A stretch of 64,000 bases of DNA from Epiperipatus broadwayi. Taxonomy: Eukaryota; Animalia; Onychophora. Positions 53,501 through 64,000 of the stretch are shown here, in pieces. The notes beneath the pieces were generated by a model, which worked only from the letters and a program-made list of their open reading frames with translations, made no database searches and had not been told where the DNA came from. A program made the translations under genes and the position numbers. Positions within the stretch are counted from its first letter, which is position 1. Every line of letters starts with the position of its first letter. The stretch lies in contig JAQFVV010000004.1 in assembly GCA_028023455.1 (NCBI GenBank), positions 21,824,001-21,888,000 on the forward strand, written 5' to 3'.

Positions 53501-56500
53501 AAGAAGCAGAAATTATTTCAAACTAAAATCTTTATTTGTAATTGATTCTATTTAATAAAAAAAATGAATCTCTAATCTTAACTAATGACTAGAAAAGATC
53601 ATTAATAGTATCTAAAGTGGATAGTAAAGAAAATGTGAATGGAGGATTTTTTTTTCATCACTTGTACAAGTAGTAGTAAAATACTTTCAATATGCCATAT
53701 ACAAAAATGTCAGACCAAATCAATTTAAATGGATATATTTATTCAGCAGCAGTTCACAATCAAGTGCATGCTACTCATTTATTTCAAAATTTTAAATAGT
53801 ATTTTATATTTCTGTAATTTTTATGATAGTGCAATTTTCCTAAAACAATATTTCTTAGTTATTGTAATAAGAAATTCAGTTCATCATGGGTACTATTATT
53901 ATGTTGATGATAATATTAAAAATATTTATTGGACAAAAACGTCTATAGTTCTTTAAATTTTGAAAAGATGAAACTTTAAAAATCTAATGCATATTTGTAA
54001 ATAATTTTCGGTAAGTATTGAAGTGGTTAGCTCATTTCTACTATGTCTGTGACTAGATGAAACTTGGAATTTTTAAAGATAATTAAGGGTTTTTTTTTTA
54101 AAGGTAATAGTCCCATGACCAATTAGCTGCTATCCATTATTAGCCAGTAAATGGATGAAATAAAAGATCATAAAATCTCATCAAGCAGTAGTTAGCTATT
54201 TAATATTTTCTCCATTGTTTCTCTAAAGATATTGTAGATAAGTTTTATCACCTATTTTTTATGTTTAACACAGTGGATTTTTCAAACTCCTGGTTTAATT
54301 GACTAATAAATATAAAAAGTCAAAAATGAAACAATAGCTATGATTGTAGTTTTAAAACTCTTCATTTTCTTATCAATTATGGTAGACCAAAAACTGCACT
54401 ACAGGTTTTGTTTTTGATTTGAAACATCAACTGAAACTATTTACTGTATTAATACTAAATTTATGTATAAATTAAAGATATATCAATGTAAAACATTAAA
54501 TATTATTTTTCTTTGATCTCTTAATGTGAATTAAAATTAAAAAAAAGATAAAGAAAAACCACAATTCTTTAATGATTTTCCAATTCAGATTTTATAAAAA
54601 AAAAATTTCATTCAACTTTCTTTTTGGATTTATTTATATTATGTATGCAATAATTTTACAATTTTCGAATATTTATTTTAATTTTCAATCCAAAATAGCC
54701 AATGTAATTTGAAGGCAATGAAATTTCTTTCATCATAACAATTTTGTAAATAATTGGTACCATAATATGTAATAAGAGATTTGGATTTAGTCTATATATG
54801 TATAGAGTGCGATAACTCCAAACATTTCTGTGCATTATTGCCAATGTGATGATTTACCAAATATTTACATTCATTATTTTAAATGAAAATAAATAAGTTT
54901 TGTTAAGCAAAATGTAATTTCTCAAATTTAGATACTTTAATAGACTTAATTCTCCTTCAGATCCTTCAAATCATTTTATTGCGAACCTCTTTACAAATGC
55001 TTTATTAAATAATGGTAAAATAAAAAAATATGCACATTTTACTATTTCTGAGGAAGAACATTAAATATACAGAAAATAAAACGCACAAAGAAATATAACC
55101 AATGAAATTGTCTTTAGGCAGTGGAAACTAAATACAGTAAATGAATTAATTTGATACTTTTAGAACAAATTATATTTTAATTCTAATTTTCAAACAATGA
55201 AAATTAGACAAAATTAACAAATAATTAACATAGATAAACAAACAAAATTTAGCTTTTTTTCTTATACTTTAAAAAAAAACAAGTAGATTAGTAATATCTA
55301 CTTCTATGAAGTATCAAGGTATCATGTAAAATTAATTATTAAAACTATAAAAAGTTTCATACAGATGTCATTTAAAAATAATTCCACCTAAATTTAAAAA
55401 CTACAAAAAAAAAAAAAAAATCTGTATGAAAAAGAAAATACAGATCGGTGGAATAACATTTTTGAGACATTAGGCACAACAAATCTCTTCTGAGGAAGTG
55501 ACAGGCAGGTTTATACAAAGCGTATATTTGAATACCCTTACATGTTCTTTAGTGTATGTTTATCTATGTATGACTGGATATATATATGAATGTGTATGTA
55601 TATTATATATATATTAAGAAGATATACATAGGTATATATATACATACATACACATGTGAAACCAGTACTGATTTGGTGTAGTGAAGGTGGTTGTCACAAA
55701 CAGCAAAAATAGTGAAACAAATATCTGGCTATTGTTTTCTAACTAGTTTTGTTAATTTTTAACTGAAATTAAATATACAATATGTTCAAAAATAAGACAT
55801 GACTGAGAATAATTAAATTATAATATACAACTGGCAATGAAATTCCAAGATGTGATAAAAACAACTAAAGCAATTAAAAAAAGGCAAGTTGTAGAAAAAA
55901 AATTACTAATACAATAATAATCATGATTTCTAATAACAGTGAGTTCAACAGTAATGTTAATTACCTAAAACAAGAACAATAAAATAAAAATTGGAAGAAA
56001 AAAAATATCTGGAAAAATTTACAAAATGATTTTATAAAAAGAGGATGTGCATTCATTTCTTAGATATGAGACAGCTCCAGGTTCTCTTACAAGGGGCTCT
56101 ACATTTAACTTAAACTGTGAAAACAAAGTGAACATTTCAAGAATAAGCCAACTATCAAAGTAAATATAAAAAATAATGTTTAAGTATGTTTATATATATA
56201 TAATTCACATTAAAAAGCTTGTAAGTTTTTATCTTTCTTTGAAAGTAAAATGAAATTGATGGGGGGAAAAAACTAGAACAAAATAAATTAAACCGACTAA
56301 TAATGAAATGAGAAATTGATTATTACACAATTCAATTTTAGTTCGCATAGATGGCAAAAAATGTCACCTTTAACAATAAAACAAAAAAACTTCAGAATAG
56401 ATTTGTTTCTATACTTTGCATTATAAATAGATAATAAAAGAGTATTATTATAGTTTTTTTTTTTTTTGTAAATTATTTTTTTTTTGTATTTATGCCTTCA

Positions 56501-56727
56501 GGAGAGTCGAGGGGTGCAAAAGGAAGTGCTTATTTTTTATTATTTTTTTTTTTACATTTTTGTTTGGTTGTTTGGGATTTTTTTTATTTATTATTTTTCA
56601 CTGTCCGGTGCTGGCTCAGTCTTAGCTGCCCGGATGGGCTGAGCTGCCGGGCAGGCAGATAGACAAGAGGGGTTGTTACTTTCATCTTTGCACAGAGGTA
56701 TGTTGCGCCATGTTCGGGCAGTGACAA

Positions 56728-56874
<147 letters not shown>

Positions 56875-59800
56875 CTACAAAAAATAATTCAAGAAATAAA
56901 AAAAATAATACTCATCATTAAGTTCTAATAGAGTAAAAAATTATAATCAATAATAAATAAAATTTAAAACATTAAAAAAGATTGTAAATCAGTATATTAA
57001 TATACAGAAACATATATGTATTTATCTAAATCCCTACTTATATGATTTGATAAGCTCATTAAAAAGAAATATAATTACTAATTAAAAAAAGCAATGATAA
57101 ATGAATTCTTAATCGCAATTCAGCATTAAAAATTAAGGTTTTGGTAATAATTTTGCAGCATCTTATTGTGAAAAGTAGTAACAAAATTGAATGCTTTTAT
57201 GTTAATTAAATTTTTTTTAATGAGCTTGAAGATCATAAAACGTGCTTATTAACATTTTGTTGGAATCTTCATGATGTGATAATTATATTCATTTTCCATG
57301 ATCGAAATCCAAAACAGCTTAATATTTTGTTTCAGATAACTATTCTAAAGCTAATCCTTCTGGCCATCTATTATTAGTGATTACAAAATGGTCATGTAAA
57401 GAATGCTAATGTGCTGATCATAAAACTCAAATACTATTTTAATATGAAGAGGAAAGTGGATCTATAATTTATATTTTACTAACTTTAATTCTACCATTAA
57501 TCATTTTTATGATGAAATAATCAGAAAAAAAATCTTAAGAATATGAAAATATTTTTTTTAAAGATCAAGGCCAAGCCTTTAATCCCACAAAGACTAAATT
57601 CAAATTTTTATCTAAACAATAGTAACAGTAGAATGAATGCAATTTTCTGCAATAATAAAACATCACAGTACTACCATAATACTTAAGAATAATCTTGGAC
57701 CAAAAATCAGATTAACATAATTGCTAAAAATAACATCTTTGGAAAGTTAACTGGCATTAGCATATTTTACTATTGAATACTATACTTCCATTTGTCAAAA
57801 AGTGCTTACACTAAACTTCTGCTGGATACACAAATATCAGCACAATCAACTGCCTTTCATGTATTTCTCTGCCAGATATAAAATTTACTCAAAAATGCAC
57901 GGAAAGCTATTAATTACAACAGTTTTATCATGTCTTAGGTAGTGACCTAATGATATACCTCTAAACTATCTCTTTGAATATTCAACCAAGAAACTTGTCA
58001 AGAGATTAACAATTATAATGTAAAAATAGATTTCTTGTGAGGTCCCTAATTTTTTTTTCCAGATTCCAATAATAAATGCTGCTGGGCTTGATTTTCTTCA
58101 GAGTTTATTGAAGCTCTAACAGATTCAGAGCCACTCATCCATTTCAGAAATGAAATTTAAAAGATTTATGTGACTGAGCACACTCAAATCATACAGATAA
58201 TGACTGATTCATCTTGTGCATCAATGGCAGAAATAAAAGATTAATGTCATTAGAGAATTATTTCCTGGTTGGAATCTTTTGAGATTGATAAATAAATAAT
58301 ATAATAATTATCTCTATTAATATCACATTTTTTTTAATGATCCAGAAAATATTTTTAAATCATACGTTAGAAGACTGCCATTAATCCAAACATCTAATTA
58401 AACATTTCTATTATCTAGACAAAATAATGTTCAATTTATTTTTTTTAATTACTATTATATAAAAATAATTGTGGCGTAACTATAAGTTATCTGTATTTTA
58501 AATTATATTGTAATTAATAGAATAAATATGTACAGTATACAAAAAGTATACATATTAATATTTGAGACACGGTTATGAGAAAATAAAACTAGCAAGATTA
58601 ATCTTTCTGTAGGAATATTGGGACACAATTTTTTGTCTCAACTGTAAATGTTCAGAATGAATATGGAATGAATGGAAAGTATGTGGTAATCATGCACACA
58701 CACCAATAATTTCTTAGATCCATTTACAATAAGACATTACAAATAATTCATACAAAAATCCTTTAAAATAAATAAGATGTCAATGAAGATTATTGATGTA
58801 TAATCAATTTTAGAACAAAAAAGGAGGAAAATTTGAAGAGCATGCATTTATCAAAGAATTGATGAAATAGTGAACTTGCCTCCATAGTAAAATAAATTTA
58901 CAATTGTTGAAAATGGTTAGAAGTATTTTATGATCAAAACGTTTATGATTTTATTCTGTTGAACATAATATTACAAAATAAAAATGGCAGTAATTAACGT
59001 ATTAGTTCCTTTACAAAACATTATACTTAAATCTCGAATATATGATGTTTGTAATGTGCTTTATTAGAACTGTGAGAGGTTGCATCTGCATTTGTCTCAT
59101 GCGAAGCAAAACAAATGTTGAAAATATTTTATTCTACAATCTAGTATTTTAAAATGGGGAATATTAGAGAGATGAATAATTAAAAATGTTCAAGCAATAA
59201 ATATCTGCCTAATTTCATAAATGAAAATGCTCACAAATAATATACACAAAATACAAGCTGGATGAAGAATGATTGGAAAGTATAATTTAATATACATTCT
59301 TGTTTTAAATTTATGTGAGTGAATCTGGGATTGTGATACATCTAATCTATACAAAAGCATTTGAAATATATTTGTTACTTTTTGAACATAGTAGGAAATA
59401 TTAAGGAAACCCTAAATTTCTACAGAATGATGCATTTATTATGATTCAATTCTCTTTTATTACCTAAAGTCATAATTTTATTTATTTGGTGGTTCTCATT
59501 CATACATACATCAATTTATGCATCTTATTTTGAGGTTGATAAAGCTTATAAATAGCTATGATTAGTTATTCTAGTAATTATGATTCTATTAATTTTACTA
59601 AATGTAATAGAAAATTTGAACAGGGTACACATATTAGATAGCTGCCTGATTTACATGGTGCTCACAAATTAGAAGTATTTGTACATCTGGCTAAAAATAT
59701 ATGATCGTGACATGGTTAATCATGTCCTAGTATATAAATGTAGTCTCCATTTTTGTGTTGCACATGTATAGTATATTATATTGATGATTTATAGACAGAT

Positions 59801-62800
59801 GAAATTTCTCACACTTTTTATTATAATACAAAATAATAAACTTACAATAGAGCTGAGTTTATAATGATAAAATGAGAGAAAATTTTATTGTTGAAATCTG
59901 AAAAATTCACAAATCCAAAAAAGTAGTGATTTCAAATTAAAGTTTTCCATAAGAATTCATATCCTTGAAGAAGTACAATATGTAATATTTTGTCTTCATT
60001 ATTAATGAGATTTTTTTCCATCATACAATTGTTACTATCAGATATTTTATTAAACTATAATGGAAATTTAAATCTAGCTTCTTTATCACTTGCTAAAAGA
60101 TTTTTTTTTTTTTGTAGTTTTAAATTAACTTTATTAGGTTTACTACATACATTGGAGATTATTTACAAGTATTATTGAAACAAAAGAGATTTCAAGTAGA
60201 AAAGTAATAAGATTGTTCCTATAATTGAGCAATAATCAATATATATCTAATGCATATTAATTAGTATAACCAAGGTACTGGGTTGTTATTAATGAGATCA
60301 GATTCCATTTAACTGCTAAAATATCAGCTGGAGCATGAGTTTGATCTCTGGTCTTAAATGTTATTTAATTTTTTTTAGAAAGAGTGATTTAGTATTGTGA
60401 AATGTGGGATTAAAGCTTAGATAGCATCTTACAAACCAGTGTGTGAAAAGAATGAATATAGTAATTCTTATATTGGAAAAAGGGTGCTTTGCATATTTTT
60501 TTATGAAGTGGTTGATTGTTAATGAGTTTAAATGAGTCATGTTAAATAATAAGAGTACAACAAGGAAGAAATGAACAATTTCACATTTAAAAGACTAACA
60601 GAAATTTTTTTATAAAATTATTTTAAATTTGATCTTCATTCCAAATTTCTACATTTAAAAAATAATTTCTAACATTAGCATTATATAAAATTAATGCTGA
60701 ATTATTTATAAGACAAAAAAAAAATAAATTACAAACCTGCATTATGCATAAGTTGCAGTAATAAAGATCTTTGTGACCAATACAGGGGTAGATGAAGCTA
60801 AAGGTTTTGGATTAAAACTCACACTTTAAGTACATGACTTCCAGACTGACTAATCATTTGAATATTTTATAATAAAAAAACGATTAGAAAAAAAAAAAAA
60901 ATTGCTTGGTCAAAACTTTGAAAGTGAAATATTAGATGAAACAATGACAACTTTGATAAATTTTTGGTACAAAAGTTTGATTACCAGATTAAATAAATGA
61001 TGCTTGACTAAAAAATCAAATTCTAAGTTTATCAAAATGTGATAAGAAATATTGATGAAAATGGAAAAGCGAAAATAAAAGCAGTAAAGTAAAATAATTT
61101 GCTAAAAAATAAAATTGTTCTACTGTTATGGTTTGAGATTTGTTTATCTAGTATATATTTTTTTTTTAAAAGATAGTATTAACAAAATATAAAGAAATGT
61201 GTAGAAATTCCAACTAGTTGGTAAATTCACTAGACTATTAAATCTTTCAGTTGTTATTATTGCCATAGATCCAGAAGTCATTAATTGTGTTTCATAGCTT
61301 GTGCTTGTAGATCAGTCACTAAATTCCATTTATGAAACATGGCCAAGAGTTGCTCTGAATTTTTTGATAGACTCAATTTGCATTTAGGAAAATCAAATCT
61401 CATTGCTTTATTATTGGACATGAAAAAAAAATGTTTGGAATCTCATAAGAATTGCATTTTTTACAATATAATGTATTATAGATTCTTGAGACAAGTCTTG
61501 GATGATGAAGTTATATCTTTGAGATATAAATCACAACTGTCTTTTCTTTTTGTTATAAGAAATCATACAAAAAAGAAAATTTTTCATGATTAAAACATTG
61601 CAGTATCTGTTCAAAGATGAATCCTAATAACTTTATAATATTTGATGCACCAAGAATGACACATCTGCTATAAGACAACTAAACTATTCAAATTGAATTG
61701 ATTTGTCAGTAATCAGCGATCCTTTCCATTCTGACACAAATGCATTCTATGATAAATAATAAAACTTTCCAGATATGCTGCATGTAAATCAATATGATGA
61801 TGGTTGAATGTGTTAATGTATATAGCTGAATATAATAGGAATGAAATCATAATTAATTTTAGAGCATGCTTAATATTTCTAGAGTATATGAATATAATAC
61901 TCAATTGACAGTGTTCTTGAAAAAAACATTTTTTGGCAAGGTCAGGCCAAATTCAAATCTCTTAATCTTTATGATATGAATCATTTAATATCTCAAACTT
62001 TCTATGACTGTTATAGTCCTTAATATTATAATAGAGAAGATATTTATTGAGAACTTCATAATCCATATGAATTCTTTACATTTGAAAGACAATTTGCTTT
62101 TTATTTGAGTCTATGAAATAGCTGTTTTTTTTTTAAAGGATTGCAACAAGTTGGCTCATTTTGTTCTATGAAAAATTCTTGTAATTAAAACTTCACTATG
62201 ATATTGATTTCTTGAGAGATGGACTTTTTTTTTTTATCATTTGAAAGCTTTTCAAAAAACTTTTGTTAAAAACCCTAATAGTATGACATTGTTTTTCTGC
62301 ACTATAAGATTAAGTTACAACAATAAAATATTGTGTCATATTTTCCAAATTTTAAAGAATGCAAATTCACAATATCTTGTTAAATCAATAAACAATCCAA
62401 TAAAAAAAAATCTTACTAGCTAAATATTTGTTAAAATATATTCCCACTACTAAATATTTTTTATATATAAAAAAAAATTATTTTTTTTTGAAAATACAAG
62501 ATAATAAATATTTATAATATAAAATTAATTAATTATCTATAAATAAATATTTTTATTATTTGAAACCCACTAATAAAGAGATGGAAATTAGATAAGAGAT
62601 TACCAATAACTTCTCTAACAATGATGATTGATTTTTTAATCCTATAATATAAAAAAAATATTGATATTAATGTTTGTTTGAGAGTGGTATAGAATCCCCT
62701 CTCTATTTTAAAATATGTTTTGATACCAAAAACTATCTACCTCCGAACATCTATTTCAAACAAACTCGAAAACAGACTACTCTTCTTCCTATGTTAACAA

Positions 62801-64000
62801 TAACTTAAAATTTTTTTAAATAATTAGACTTTCTACAATTTAAATGTTAAATGAGTTTCTATTTACCTTTAGTTGAAAATCAATTGATTTTAATTTTATA
62901 TTTTTTTGATAAAAATCATTTCCATTTATTTTAATTTATAAATTATTTATTTTAAATTTTAATTATGAAATTTAGTTGTTTAAACCATACTTTTAATTAT
63001 ATTTTGTTTTCATATTTGATCAAAATATAAGACATTCGAAAAATGATCCTTACTGAATCTAAATTATTTATTGATTTTAGAAACAATCTTATAATTATTG
63101 GGTTTAATTTCCCTCCGATTTACAATAATTTTATTTTTTTATTTATTTTAAATTTTTTCCGAATCTATGTATCACTACCCAACATTTTTAACATCTCATA
63201 TATAAATGTAAATATCGATGGAATAGTTTTTAAGTTATTAAGGAGGGAATCTTAGGTTATTCATTTCAGTTGAATTGTTCAATGGATTGATATATTTAAT
63301 ATAATGAGTAGAACACAGGATATAGATACCCCCCCCTGTTTCCTATGATGGGTTTCAGAACCAGTCCATTCCTATAGTTTTTAGTTTATTGATCTACTTC
63401 CCACAGATCACATGCCTGTTGGTGAGAGAATCTTCTCATTTCTACTTATTGTTCAGATTCATTCCTGCAATATATATTTTTGTGTACATCACATTGAATA
63501 CATGAATGTATCAGATGGATTCAGTTGATTCAAATTTGTTGAAGGTTAACAGGAAATATTTTCCTTTCAAATCAGACCTATGTATCCATTCATACTCGAC
63601 CCTCTAAAAAAATATCATATCAAGCTATTTTAATAAATTAAATTAAGAAAAATCTAAATGTTAAACTTATTCCTCGAATTTAGAATGATTTTATATAAAT
63701 AAATATTTTCTGTGTATTTCTAGTTTTATTATTTTATTATTTTATATTTAAGAATAATTAAGATTTTTCTCCTGGCGGCAATCACGATCTAAATATAAAA
63801 AGGAACAACCCCTTTTTTTCCAACCAGACCCTGCCACCCACCGTACGATTTCATATGGTTGTGGAAGAATTTTAGTAAAATTTTGTTTTTTGGCTACTAT
63901 TGTGATGTTATATGAATTTCTATTTTATTTCAAATATATCTTTTACTTCAATAATTTTTTTATTATTAATAGACACCAATCAGAAAAATAAGCTGATGCA

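Noticed and set aside
58060-58130. Plus-strand acceptor-like tttttttccag followed by IPIINAAGLDFLQSLLKL (faintly kinase-like)
   Set aside because: Stop after 18 codons, no partner exons or donor site found
61339-61904. ORF-track ORFs 61339-61593(+) and 61713-61904(-)
   Set aside because: No recognisable motifs; short ORFs like these are expected in AT-rich intronic DNA
56875-64000. Search for the penultimate Gs-alpha exon (..RAKYFIRDEFL)
   Set aside because: Not found on the minus strand; presumably beyond the window end, so the intron is longer than 7.1 kb

Overview
AT-rich (roughly 25% GC by eye) eukaryotic, most likely arthropod, genomic DNA with two convergent housekeeping genes. On +: the last 9 coding exons of the FACT subunit Spt16/SUPT16H (1092..41864), with introns from 74 bp to 24.4 kb. 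On -: the last coding exon of G-protein alpha-s (56728..56874, ending ...[11 protein letters not shown]). The introns and intergenic DNA hold many decayed mobile elements: RTE, I/R1-like and other LINEs, a Gypsy gag, hAT, pogo-like and Merlin-like DNA elements, and Penelope-like elements with hammerhead-ribozyme motifs. Best leads: (1) a GC-rich, structured, 47-codon in-frame extension directly after the Galpha-s UGA, a candidate for stop-codon readthrough; (2) a Penelope-like element whose pseudo-LTR carries a tRNA-like module next to a hammerhead-like motif (3 copies, with compensatory stem changes); (3) two antisense gustatory-receptor-like pseudogenes nested in the 24-kb Spt16 intron, one disrupted by that Penelope element; (4) a hammerhead-bearing non-coding repeat family that forms long fold-backs. 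All calls come from manual reading and translation; no searches or folding programs were run.
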